Assembly (NCBI RefSeq): GCF_000143415.4
Contig: NW_003314291.1
Span: 42,733-106,732, forward strand
Source: Selaginella moellendorffii
Taxonomy: Eukaryota > Plantae > Lycopodiophyta
DNA: 64,000 bases
Reading direction: 5' to 3'
Shown: positions 11,663 through 23,635 of the stretch, one piece after another
Layout: each line of letters begins with the position of its first letter
Position numbering within the stretch: position 1 is the first letter of the stretch
Program-made: the position numbers and the translations under genes
Notes under the pieces: generated by a model
What the model saw: only the letters and a program-made list of their open reading frames with translations
What the model was told of the DNA's origin: nothing
Databases searched by the model: none

Positions 11663-13177
11663 ATGGTAGCAATGAGGAAGAACAAGGGCCATGTCGTCGC
11701 AGTACCTTTCCCGGCCCAAGGCCATATGTCGCCAATGCTCCATCTTTGCAAGCGCATCGCGGCCGATGGCTACCGCGTCTCGTTCGTCAATCCCAGCAGC
11801 ATACACGAGCAGATGGTCCGCCACTGGAAGCCATCGCCAGGCCTGGACATCCACCTGGATCAGCTCCCATTCTCAGTCCACATCCCCCACGGCATGGACA
11901 CTTACGCAGCGCTCAACTTGAGCTGGTTCTTCGACGAGCTCCCCACCATGTCCGCCTCGCTCGCCGAGCTCCTCCACAGATTCTCGGACGAGGGAGCTCC
12001 GGCTTGCTGCATCATCTCGGATATCTTCCTGCCGTGGACTCAGGACGTCGCCAACGAAGCTGGAATCCCGCGAGTTGTCCTCTGGGCGTCTGGTGCGACG
12101 TGGTCGGTGTTCGAGACCTATGCAAAGGAGCTGTCAGAGAGAGGTCACTTGCCATTGAAAGGTAAGCAAGCACTTACCTTTGGGGAGAAAGCTCTGGACC
12201 GGAACGTAACGTTGGCTGTGTTTGCAGACTCGGATGTTTTCGATGATAGCTGCACCATCGACTATCTTCCGGGAGTCACTCCGCTTCCAGCATCCGCCAT
12301 CCCGTTTTACATGAGAATCACCGAAAAACGCTGGGTGGAGCTCATACTAGAGAGGTGTGAAAGCATCTGGCGTCGAGAAACTCCGTGGATACTTGTCAAC
12401 TCTTTCTACGAGCTGGAGCAGATCACTTTCGACTCGATGGTTAAGGAGTTTGGCGAGAACTACGTCCCGATCGGCCCACTGTTCTTGCGTGACGGTCGTG
12501 ACGGTGAGTCGGCAGGGCCCGAAAATGTCTTGCTGCGCGACCAGAGTATGGAATCGCTGGAGTGGCTCGACCAGCAGAAGGAATCGTCGGTGCTCTACAT
12601 ATCCTTCGGTAGCATCGCCGCTCTTAGCAAGGAACAGTTTGAAGAACTGTCTGGAGCTCTTGAGGACTTGCAGCAGCCGTTCCTGTGGGTAGTGCGGCCG
12701 GAGCTCTTCACAAACTTCACGCCGGAGTTCCAAACTTCATATGCGAGCTTCTGCGAGAGGACCAAGGCGCTGGGAATGGTGATACCTTGGGGAACACAGC
12801 TGCAAATCCTACAGCACCCGGCTCTTGGAGGATTCCTCACACACTGCGGCTGGAACTCCATCATTGAGAGCATTGCCAATGGCGTTCCTATGATTGCTTG
12901 GCCGTGGGGAGCGGAGCAGAACACCAACGCCAAGCTCATAACAGTCGACTGGAAAGTTGCCTCCAAACTTCCAACCAGGGGTTACTTCGAGCTCGTCCCG
13001 AAGTCCGAGATTGCCAAGGCCATCAAAGCCGTGACGGACGACGGGCAGGAGCGGGCTGTCCTCCAAGAAAACGTACAGCGTCTGAAGAAGCTGGCCAGGA
13101 AAGCCATTCTCGACGGAGGGCAGTCTTTGTTGAATCTGGAGAAGTTCCTTGACCAGATCGGTCAATGGGCTTCTTGA
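11663..13177 (+). CDS. Family 1 UDP-glycosyltransferase
   Basis: N-terminal HVVAVPFPAQGH; PSPG box WGTQLQILQHPALGGFLTHCGWNSIIESIANGVPMIAWPWGAEQ; probable in-frame 66-nt intron at 12162-12227. Confidence 0.95.
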   Translation: MVAMRKNKGHVVAVPFPAQGHMSPMLHLCKRIAADGYRVSFVNPSSIHEQMVRHWKPSPGLDIHLDQLPFSVHIPHGMDTYAALNLSWFFDELPTMSASLAELLHRFSDEGAPACCIISDIFLPWTQDVANEAGIPRVVLWASGATWSVFETYAKELSERGHLPLKGKQALTFGEKALDRNVTLAVFADSDVFDDSCTIDYLPGVTPLPASAIPFYMRITEKRWVELILERCESIWRRETPWILVNSFYELEQITFDSMVKEFGENYVPIGPLFLRDGRDGESAGPENVLLRDQSMESLEWLDQQKESSVLYISFGSIAALSKEQFEELSGALEDLQQPFLWVVRPELFTNFTPEFQTSYASFCERTKALGMVIPWGTQLQILQHPALGGFLTHCGWNSIIESIANGVPMIAWPWGAEQNTNAKLITVDWKVASKLPTRGYFELVPKSEIAKAIKAVTDDGQERAVLQENVQRLKKLARKAILDGGQSLLNLEKFLDQIGQWAS

Positions 13178-13328
13178 AAGCTGTTCTCGATACGTTCTTC
13201 GCTGACCAGCGAATAATAGCTTGTTGCATTCAGCTGGCCACTGCTCTCTCCCTCCCCGTGTCTGTACCGTCCTCCCTGTGTGACGGCGCGAAGTCGAGTC
13301 AAGTGAACTGTCCATTTAGTTGAGACTT

Positions 13329-14726
13329 TCAGCCCTGTACGACCTTGGCCGCAGCAGCAGTGTCGCATTCGGCGGCAGCGCTGCCGACCTTTCTTTCCCC
13401 ATAACTGTGCAGAACCTTGAGCAGCTTCACAGCTTTGCGCCTCGCCCTCTGCGTGCAATGGCTCTGGAGCAGCAGCAGCAAGGACGTCGAAGCCCGCGCT
13501 TGAAAGGCCATCTCCAGTGCCTCCTCATTGCTGTCCAAAGGAGTGCTGGTGTCGGTGCAAATAACGGAGCACAGCACCCCCGCTGCGTACTCCGTCCCAC
13601 GGTCCGACACCCTGAGAATCATGCTCAGTAGCAAAGGAATCGCCAGCGCGTGGCGCAGGATTGCCGCTCTTCCCTCCAAAGTCGTCGACAGCAGCTCCAA
13701 AGTTGCTAGGATCCTCTCGGAAGTCACCCCTTTGGCTTCCGTGAGCAGCTCCAGCAAACTTGCCACCACCCCTGCCTTGACTGCTGCCACCCGGTTGTCC
13801 TTGCTCAAGCACAGCGCTAGCAACGCCTTCACCCCACACTTGACAAGCTGCTCTTCACGCTCGCTCAAGAGTCCCACCACAGCTTCCAAAAAACTCCCAG
13901 CGTCTAGCGTATCAACCTGCTGTTCTTCGCTTTGAGAGACCGCCGAGAGCATGACTAGAAGCGTCGTAGCCGCCACCTTAGACGAGCTTGGACCTGTTCG
14001 AAGGAGCCGCTCTAGCACCGAACTAATGCCTGGAGCCCGAGCTATTGCTTCCAACACTAAGTCGCTACTACTAGAAAGAGTGACGAGCAAACTAAACACT
14101 ACATCCAATACCTCCGCAGACTTATCTATATCGTTGCCCTCGTCCGACACCAAGAACGCCACAAGCTCGCTGTGGAGTCCCATCTTCACCATCGTCTGTC
14201 GATTCCGCGATGAAACCGCCAGCGAGCTCAGCGATCTTAGCGACTGTGACGAACAGCACCTGGAGCTTATGACATCCCTGACAAGATCCTCCAGAGACCG
14301 TGGCTGCTGATGCTTCTCTAAACATCCCAGTTCCTGGATTCTTACCCGTGGCGATTCTACGCGAGGACTGATCACATCGATCGTGGCCAAGTACCGACTG
14401 CCGGCATTGCCCCTGACGCTGCGATTGTGTAATTTGAGGGCAAGCTCCCATTGTGTCGAGCTCGGCACTCTCTGGAATCTCCTGTTGCATTCTTGCCTCT
14501 CTGCCGCCTCCGCCGCGACCCTATTCTCTTTGTCATCGCTGCAAGAGGAGGCGATCGTCGTGGTCGCTACCGATGACGCCGATGAGGAGCCGCGATCCTG
14601 CGGCAGAGCTGGAGATGGCGTGCAAGGGCTGAGAACCACATCCGAGCACGCGCCAAACATCCCGCACGAGAAAATCTGCGCTGGCTTCACATATTTCAGC
14701 CGCGGATGATGCCGCCGCAGCTTCAT
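13329..14726 (-). CDS. ARM-repeat protein (PUB-like ARM region, no recognisable U-box)
   Basis: ARM motifs NRVAAVKAGVVASLLELL and ILRVSDRGTEYAAGVL; C-terminal CTQRARRKAVKLLK typical of plant U-box ARM proteins. Confidence 0.8.
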   Translation of the reverse strand: MKLRRHHPRLKYVKPAQIFSCGMFGACSDVVLSPCTPSPALPQDRGSSSASSVATTTIASSCSDDKENRVAAEAAERQECNRRFQRVPSSTQWELALKLHNRSVRGNAGSRYLATIDVISPRVESPRVRIQELGCLEKHQQPRSLEDLVRDVISSRCCSSQSLRSLSSLAVSSRNRQTMVKMGLHSELVAFLVSDEGNDIDKSAEVLDVVFSLLVTLSSSSDLVLEAIARAPGISSVLERLLRTGPSSSKVAATTLLVMLSAVSQSEEQQVDTLDAGSFLEAVVGLLSEREEQLVKCGVKALLALCLSKDNRVAAVKAGVVASLLELLTEAKGVTSERILATLELLSTTLEGRAAILRHALAIPLLLSMILRVSDRGTEYAAGVLCSVICTDTSTPLDSNEEALEMAFQARASTSLLLLLQSHCTQRARRKAVKLLKVLHSYGERKVGSAAAECDTAAAAKVVQG

Positions 14727-15216
14727 CGATGCGCCTCGATCAAGCACAAAGATCGAAATCTATCGGCGCCGAAAGGAAGATCGAAGCGCGGAAGGAGAAG
14801 AACCCTGACAGACCTAGCCCGATCGAAGCGCCGCGGATGATTGCTGGATTCCCCCTCGCATTTCTCTAGAACCCTGGCGGTATTCTCTGGCGCGCGCCAA
14901 TAACCTGAAACCCTCCACCATTCGATCAGTCGATCCAACGGCAGCGGCGGCCCACCACGTGGCAATCAAACACATTTTGGAATCCGAGCCGTTAAAACCC
15001 CAAAATGCAACGATCGCGACCGTCCATCTGGCATTCTGTTCACACGAATAAGCGTGGCTCTCAATAAATGGGCCCGAGAAAAGAATACAGGAGAAGAACG
15101 TTGATTCAAACCATAGACAATTTGGCGGTTAGCTGACTCTTTGACCGCCCGCCTCGAACGAATATTCACGCCAGGTGTACGGGCATATCCCATGCCTTTA
15201 TTGCCTACACGGAGCT

Positions 15217-16590
15217 TTAAGGCAGCGTGCCAAAAATTCGATCCCAGAAATTCGAAGTTATGCCAAAGCCTACTGTCTGGTTCTTGAAGTGATGATTCAA
15301 ATGGTACCTCTGGAAAAATCAATCTTTGGATGAGCGATCGAAAGATATGGTGGGAAAAAATGATTTTTCTTACCTTGAGCCTTCTACTCCATTGATCGAA
15401 GGCGACTCCATGGTGGAGAAAGTAGTGTGTAACGTCGTAGATCACGTAGCCGAGGATCCCTCCTCCCAGGATCGTTGGCGCCATTTCACGAGGAGCTAGC
15501 GACGCGATGATCGGCCAGAACTGGAGAGCAAAGCGTGGATCGATCGATAAGTTCGTGATAGATCATCAAAAGTTTTTGGAGAACTTTGCTTACGATCGAG
15601 AGAAACCCGAGAGTGGCCGCTGGAGGAAACACTAGCCGGTACCCGTCCATTGGATGCTTGTGGTGGCAACCATGAAGGAGATAATGGAATGTGTTCGACC
15701 TGCGAGATCCAAAGTTTCAAAGTTGGCCTCGAGAAAAATGGAAAAAGATCATAAGCGCTCTTACCAGTAGCCTGATGTTTTGACGTGAAAAAGAAATCGA
15801 TGCATGCTATACTCGAGAAGTGACCAGATAATCACTCCAGAGATCAAGCACGAGACAATGCTTTGCGACTTTAGGCCTCTTTGAGATGACACAAGTAGAA
15901 GCCAGCATATAAATGGAAGCCAAACCAGCGGGATCACCCACCAGACTGTTCGTGTCAAAGACTGGAACCAAAAGAAGAACTTGAGCTTGAAAGTTTCGGA
16001 AGATCGCGTACCTCGAGGATCTGGTTCTCGAAAAACCGAGGGCTCTCTTTGCAAACGATAGGCTGGTGCACCCATTTCTCGTAAGCGTCTCCGAGGTGAC
16101 CGACCTGAGAGACGAGAGGTTTGCTCAAATCGACTGTGAAGCCTCCAGTCTTTGGTTTTGTCTCTGAATCCTCGGAGTTCTTCGATCTATACAATCGCAG
16201 AAGTTTGAAGTCCCAACTTATAGAAGAAAAACCAAAGAACACTCGAGAAAACCACACCTGTGTTGCGAATTCTCAAGAATTCCAATGTGGAACTTCTCCA
16301 AAGTATCGAATGCGGCATCGCTGTGAGAATGCGCGGCCGGATCGTCGGAGCCCCTCATCAAGCTTCCAACATTGTCACTGTCAAGGCTCTGGGAAATTAT
16401 CTGGAAAAACCATTATAAGGTTCCATCAAACAGTTCCTAGCTACTGGGAATCAAATCAAACTCTTACCTGTGGGCCTCCCGGATGATCATCTAGGAACTG
16501 TGTCACATCGTAGACCTGGCCATCGACAATAATCCACGCATCGCCGGCGGATCTGTGCTTGCGGACGTCCGCCAAGCTCCACACACCCAT
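15217..16590 (-). CDS. FAH: Sphingolipid fatty acid 2-hydroxylase with N-terminal cytochrome b5 domain (multi-exon)
   Basis: Exon 1 has VYDVTQFLDDHPGG; exon 2 has HSHSDAAFDTLEKFHIG; then FTVDLSKPLVSQVGHLG. His boxes HRFLFH, HGCHHKHPMD, HYFLHH and HLNHHF; ends IFGTLP*. Confidence 0.92.
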
Positions 16591-16801
16591 TGACCGATCG
16601 ATCGACCGATCCAATCGATCGATCCAGCGCCGGGAGGGATCGCAATGTAGATCTATCGCTAACAAGATCGAGCGTCGCTCACACACTCCCACCGCATCGG
16701 GCAAAAAGCCTTTCCGACACAAATCCTGACGAAATGGACGGCTCAGATTGAGCCCTAAACTAAAAGGGTAGAGAAATTTTTGCTCTATAATCCTTCTTGG
16801 A

Positions 16802-18686
16802 CTATGCCGTAGAAACCAAAACTTTGCTTGTGCTGGATGGCGATGGCGGTAGCGAGCCTATCAACACTGTCGATTCCTCGGCCGAAAATTCATAAGATAC
16901 TGGAGAGTCCAGCACAGAATATGGAAGAACCGCCATTGTCTTCTCCAGCAGCTCGGAAAAACTCTGGAAATCTAGAACTCAGGACGAAGCGCAAAGAAAA
17001 GGATGAAAGAGTATTGCTTGCCTTTGCGTGCCGGACATGCTCGTCAATCGCTTGCCTCCACCTTGACGATCCTTTCTCGCCATGGAATAAGTTGGCGACC
17101 GGCTGAAACCATTCTGGTGTCAATCGAATTGTTTTCTGGAGTGATATAGTTACCTTCACTAAAACCCGGATTCCTGGCTTGTTGTTCCCGTACTTTCCAA
17201 TGACGGACTCTGCGTACTCTTCATACTCGCGTAAAACCTGCACACTAAGACGAAGTTTTGCATCACTCCAAACGACGAAGAATTGCGAAGATAACTCCGA
17301 TTGATGGAGATGAAAAGAAATATGCAATGAATTCTACCTGACGACGTGTGATTCGTCTCTCGGGCATTCCGTAAATACAACTATCCGCTCTAGCCAAGGT
17401 GCACCATGGTCTGAGAAAGCCAAAGATTAAATCAAGGATTGATCTAAGTTTCTCTCAAACTTACGTGTTATATGCCGCACGGCCAAGCATCACTCCGTTT
17501 ACACCTTTATCAGTTATGAGATAGTTCACCTAGAAACACACCTTAGAGCTTTCGTAAACATGGAGGAAACAATGTAGTACCTGCTCAACCGTGGTAATGC
17601 CACCGTTTAACGTGAACTGAAGATCAGGAAAATCTCTCATCAACGCAAGAACATACTCGTATCTGCGATGAAAGTCGTAAATCTTTGTTTGTGTTCGTCT
17701 GAACGAAGCATACTCACTTCAAGGGAGGAGCAACACGGTTCTGTGCTGGACTGAGGCCTTCCAGCAACGCTTTGCGAGCATGTATGATAAAATGTCGAGT
17801 TGGAGAAAGTGATGAAACTGTAGAGACGAAGTTACCTGCAGACACAAGGTCAAGCTAGGCAAAAGATTCAAAGGGCTTGTTACAAAGTTGGTCATATGAG
17901 TCTGAATCGTCGACGCCTATCCTACACTTAACAGTAACCGGAGCGGAACTTTCTTCCGCAATGGCTTGCATTGCTTCCCCGACTAGCTGAGAAAACGATC
18001 AAAACTGAAGCAAAAGAAAGAAAAAGGAATGAAAAAAGCCATACTCTTGGAGAAAGCATAAGACGAGCTCCAAAGCATCCATGGCCCGCTACTTTGCTGC
18101 TTGGACAACCGCAACTGCGAAGAACAACTCAAACACCGAAACAAGAGAAAAACAAGTAAAAAAATTTACTTAAAGTTGATCTCATCGTAGCCAAACGCGC
18201 TCACAAGCTTCGCAGCTTTGGATAGATTCGCGAGATTGCTCCCACCGAGTTGTAAGACAATTGGATGCTGTGCGGCAGGAAACTCAAGCCACCTCTCCTG
18301 TGGTCACACATTAGTTCTTTCATTCTAGAGCAAGAAATCCATTACCAAATCATTCTCGTGATGCACGATCGTCTCCGCGACAACCATCTCAGTGTAGAGC
18401 CACGAGCAGCGGCTTAGAATTCTAGCCAGCGCGCGGAAGTGATTGTCAGTCCATTCCATCATTGGCGCAACACTACACTGCGGCATTTCTTATAAGCGAT
18501 CCAGAGGCTTCTCGATTCCAGAGGCTACACAACTAGAAATTACCTGAACCAAGGAGGAGGACGTGAATCCACAGAGCTGAGAGACGAAGAGAGGCGCCAT
18601 CTCTGATCGCGTCGTGGATGATGCGCCATTGCCCTCCACATTGCCGCGCCAAATGCGTCGACGCCATAGCTCCCAACGAGAGCCAT
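16802..18686 (-). CDS. tRNA-dihydrouridine synthase, DusA-like (multi-exon)
   Basis: FSVAPMMEWTDNHFR, LYTEMVVA, QHPIVLQLGGS and NCGCPSSKVAGHGCFGA motifs reconstructed across introns; start codon uncertain (18686 or 18641). Confidence 0.88.
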
Positions 18687-19004
18687 ATTTTCAAATGCTA
18701 AGAACCCTAAACCCTTTTAATTTCCATACCCTAGGTAGCAAGCATTCCCTCGCTCGATCCAATCGAAGGCGCTGCTCTTCAATCTCGGTACGCTCGATTT
18801 CGTCCTTGTTTCTGCGAATCCTGCATTCTTTCTCCAGAATGTGCGCGTTAGAGATTGATTTTTGCAAGGATTATAGATGTTTCGCAAGGATTTCTTACTG
18901 GACTGCTCGTAGTGTTTATGTCTTTCGTGTGTGCAGCGGCAGCAGCGAGCGTCAGGATTTCACTGCGTTGCTTGGCGACGAAAGCGTGCATCGAGCAGCT
19001 GCCA

Positions 19005-20296
19005 ATGGCTCAACTCAAAGAAATTGGCAAGAACAAAATGTTTGGGGGATTCAACCGGCGATTCCAGCATCCGAGTAGCTCTTGTGGCTGCGATATGAAT
19101 TTCAGTGTCTACTTCCCTCCAGCAGCGGATCATGGCAAAGTTCCAGTAAGTTTAGCTATAGTTTGTTTTGTTCTTTTGTTCTTTATCTTTGGTGGAAAGT
19201 TCCAGTGAGTGTAGCTATAGTTTGTTTTGTTCTTTTGTTCTTTCTCTTTGGTGTAAGTTTTGATGGTTCCTTTGCTCAGGTTCTTTACTGGCTCTCGGGT
19301 CTTACGTGCACGGACGAGAACTTTATTCAGAAATCTGGAGTTCAGCGTGTTGCTGCTGCTGAAGGAGTAGCAATTGTCTGTCCTGATACGTCTCCTCGTA
19401 AGTTTCTTTTTCTTTACATAGTATGGTATTGTTCCTGGGTTTGTAAATGATTTGGGAATGTATCAGGTGGCCTAGGAGTTGAAGGAGAATCTGATAGCTG
19501 GGACTTTGGTGTAGGCGAGTGATTTTTGCTTCGCAAAAACAATGGCCTTGGTTTATTTGGCTTTTTCTTTTTTTTCTCAGGTGCCGGTTTTTATCTCAAT
19601 GCAACTCAAGAAAAGTGGAAAAAGTGGCGAATGTATGACTACTGCACCAAGGAGCTCCCAGAACTCCTCAGCTCCAGTTTCGATCAGCTGGACACTAAGA
19701 ATGCGTCAATCTTCGGGCATTCAATGGGTGGTCACGGGGCTTTAACTATTTTTCTGAAGAACCCAGACAAGTACAAGGTGAGCTATAAGGTTCATACTCT
19801 TACTCTGACTTTTTCTTTTTCCTTTCTAACAGTCTGTGTCTGCGTTCGCTCCCATTGCGAGTCCTGTGAATTGTCCATGGGGACAAAAAGCTTTCTCTGG
19901 ATATCTGGGAGATGACAAATCGTTGTGGGAAGTAAGTCTTGGACGCTTTCCATCATTTTTAATCCTCTTGTAACTAATCTGCTTACAGGAGTATGATGCC
20001 TCTCTGCTTTCACGTAAGTACAAGGGTAATCCTACAAAAATCTTGATCGACCAGGTAATCCTTATTCTATTTTCGCGGGTCTTGTTCTTTCGTCTCTCTT
20101 AGCTGGAGTGATCGATGTGCAGGGCGATGATGACAAGTTTTACAAAGAAAAGCAGCTCCTGCCAGAAAATATTGTGGAATCTGAGCTTTTGCGAGTGGAG
20201 CTCCATTTGAGAAGCGGGTACGACCACTCATATTTCTTCATTGCCTCTTTCGTGGAGGACCATATCAAGATGCATGCCACAGCACTGAAGTCTTAA
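19005..20296 (+). CDS. SFGH: S-formylglutathione hydrolase (esterase D), multi-exon
   Basis: [18 protein letters not shown], catalytic [19 protein letters not shown]. Confidence 0.95.
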
Positions 20297-20366
20297 TGCT
20301 TCAGGGTCTGAAGCTTCTAGTTTGCCAGGACATTATATATTCAAGGGGAAAGTGGTTTGTTTCTCT

Positions 20367-22100
20367 ATGGGTGCTGAAAAGCTAGTTGTAGTTGTAGGCG
20401 CAGGATTGGCAGGTCTGGCGGCCGCTCGAGAAGTGCAATCGCATGGAGTAAGAGTGCTGGTTTTGGAAGCGTCGGGTGTTCTGGGCGGAAGGATCAAGCA
20501 GCTCAATGGGCTCGTGCCGTGGCCGGTTGAGGTACTTCCTTTTTGTTTTGGCTCTCCGTCTAAAACCAACTATTTTGTTTGTTGTGTAGCTTGGGCCCGA
20601 GTTTCTTCACGGAAAGCAAAACTCGTCCATCGCCCAGATAGTCAACGAGATGGGCTGCACAATGACAGAGTTCCCCTATCATATCCTTGTCTCGTTTTCC
20701 TCTTGTTATGTTTGCCTTGACAACTTGTCACCCGATTTTTATTATGTTGGCAGTGAGAGTAGGCTCCTAACATCCGAGGAGGCAGAGGACCATTCTGAGA
20801 TTCAGACTGTGCATGGCATATTTGCAGCACTCGCGGAAGAAACGCATCCATCGCCAGACATATGTATGGACGAGTTTTTGCGGAGGAATAAAGTGAGCAA
20901 CACTGTCGTTCAGCTCGCCGAGTGTAAGTGGTGTCCTCGTTTCTTTGGCCTTTTTCTATTTTGCTTTTCACCAGATAGCTTGTGCTTGCAGCTATTTATG
21001 CGAACGATTTTGGCTGTTCGCTGCATCAGCTCGGTGTTGGCGAGTGCATCGAGGAGGCACGGCAGTGGATTTACGGTGATACTTACATGCTCCTGGACAG
21101 GCCTCTTTCTTCAATCGTGGATCATCTCTCCAAAGGATTAAATGCAGGTGTGGAGTTCTTCCCACGAATCAAAACTAAGTTTGTTGCTCTGTTCAGGTGC
21201 TGACAAGCCATCCGGTTGAAGACATCACGTATTTTCCAACTGGTGAACTCGAAGTGAAATGTAGAGGAGGTGCTAAATTTCAAGCGCACTATACAATCGT
21301 GACCGTGCCAGTGGTAGCTGAGCTTGTCGAGGCAATTTAGCTGCTAAAGCTTTTGTTTCTTCCAGAAAATCCTGGAGGACGAGTCTATTCGATTCAATCC
21401 ACCGCTTCCAAAGAGTAAAGTGGATGCAGCGTCCACCATAGGAATGTCAAGCGCTGTCAAGGTACCAGCTAAGTTGCTCGTCTACAAAATCTTCCTTTTT
21501 TCTCTCCAGATTCTTCTCGCTTTCTCGCAAAGATTTTGGCCAGAGGAAATGTTTGACGTCGTCTGCACCGATTGCTTCGTGCCAGAGTTCTGGGCGACAC
21601 AGTATCCCTGCAAATCCAGCCGCGACGAAGAAGCTCTCGGCAGTGTGCTGCTGGTCGGATTCATCGCAGGGGAAACAGCACGCCAGATTTCCAAGCTTTC
21701 ACACAGCGAGATCTTCTCGAGAGCACTCTCTCAACTGGACGAGATCTTCGCAAAGATAAAACCAACCAAGAACGCAAAGCTCTCGATTGAAACTTTCCAA
21801 GAGTCTGGCGGATTCTACACTCGAGCAGCAGCGAAACCTTTCGATCCGGAGCTCCAGCCAGCGTCATTCTACTTCGCGGCAGCGTCTCTGGTGGATTGGT
21901 CGCGCGAGGACTTCGTCCGTGGAGGATACTCGCATCCTTCTCTCAACGCTCGAGGTGCTCGCGAAGAACTCGCCAAGCCAGTCCATGGAAGGCTCTTCTT
22001 CGCGGGCGAGGCTACTCATCCTGGAGTGAATCCTTGCATGCAAGCAGCCATCGACTCTGGAATTCGCGCAGCTCGCGAAGTTCTTGGCTGTGTGATCTAG
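20367..22100 (+). CDS. Flavin-containing amine oxidase family protein, multi-exon
   Basis: [10 protein letters not shown] Rossmann motif, [29 protein letters not shown]. Confidence 0.9.
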
Positions 22101-22171
22101 AGAATCGTTTTGGAATCTCTTCAAGCTATGTTAATTTCCCTCCAATAAATCAAGCAATCAGGGTTTTGGCT

Positions 22172-23635
22172 ATGGCGACGAGTCTCTTGGCTCACAAGAG
22201 TGGCGTCTTCTTTGGCAGCGCGAGCGCGCTCTGCGATTTCCAGGCGCGACCAGCATTGCGATCGTCCAGGCGCGGCACCGTTCGCGCGTCGTCCAGGTCC
22301 GCGGGAGGAGAATGCCGGGATTTTGCGCTCCGGGATGTCTTTGCGAAGCGCGCATTCAAGGTATTCGTCTGGATCGATGGCGATGGGAGAGGGTTTGATG
22401 GTGGGATTTTCTTGCAGGTGATTGCTGGGCTCAACAATTTCGATCGAGAGAATGTGGCTGATGTGGTTGTCGCCGCCGAGAAGGTGGACAAGATAGCGAT
22501 TCCTTCGCCAAAAATCTCTTGATTTTCTTTGGTTTTGCCAAGGGTGGTGCGACGCATGTAGATATCGCTTGTGATCCACAGGTCGTCGAGCTTGCGCTTG
22601 GCTTAACTTCATTGCCGGTAAGAAATTCCATTCTTCTTATTCTTCTCGTTTTGTTCATAGATGGTAGGGTTAAATTCCATTCTTTTCATTCTTCTCTCTT
22701 TCTTTTGTGTTCTTCTCTTTTCTTTGAGAATGACTCACATACATTTTAGATATGTGTCTCTGCCGTGGATCCAGAGGCATTTGTGGCGGCTGTGGATGCC
22801 GGAGCACACATGGTTCGTCATCTCATCTCCTTAGAAAACTAAGCAAAGAGTTCTTGGCATTGATTCGTGTTCTTTTCCAGATCGAAATTGGAAACTTCGA
22901 CTCGTTTTACGACAGTGGCAGAGTTTTTTCTTCCAAGGAGGTGAAACTTTTAGTCTCTTCTTCACGCTCGCTACTTACTACTTGCTGGATTCACCCAGGT
23001 CTTAGAGCTCACTAGAAGAACAAGAGAACTTTTGCCACACATCACTCTTTCAGTGACGGTGCCACATACTTTGCCACTCGATGAGCAGGAAAGATTTCCT
23101 TTTTTTTCTATATTCATAAGCTGTCTTACACATTGCTGTTGGTCTCTCTTCCAGGTCCAGCTCGCCGAGGCTTTAGAGGAAGAGGGTGCCGATATCATCC
23201 AAACAGAGGGTGGAACAGCTTCTACTCCTTCCAAGCCTGGGATCACAGGTCTCATTGAAAAGGTAGAGTCGTCTTGTGGATATCTTCTTTCCCAGCTTAC
23301 AAATTTCCATTTAAAACAGGCAACTCCCACACTAGCAGCTGCGTATTCCATCTCCAGAGCTATTACGCTTCCAGTTCTCTGTGCCTCTGGATTGAGTGCA
23401 GTGACAGCTCCAATGGCGATCACTGCTGGCGCTTCTGGAGTGGTAATCTTAGCATCAAGCGTTTCTTCTTCTTCGTTTTTAACGTTTGCACCATTTCTTC
23501 CAGGGCATTGGCTCAGCTGTGAACAAACTAAACAGCCAACTTGCAATGGTGGCGACTGTTCGCAGCATTGCGGATGCAATGGGACTAGAACCATCCACTG
23601 AAAAGATTCCAGAGAGAGCTCGAGACAAAGCTTGA
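22172..23635 (+). CDS. ycf23: Ycf23/DUF561 plastid protein, multi-exon
   Basis: Transit-peptide-like N-terminus; KVIAGLNNFD, GGATHVDIA, IEIGNFDSFY, LSVTVPHTLPLDEQ, ADIIQTEGG, GIGSAVNKL. Confidence 0.88.
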
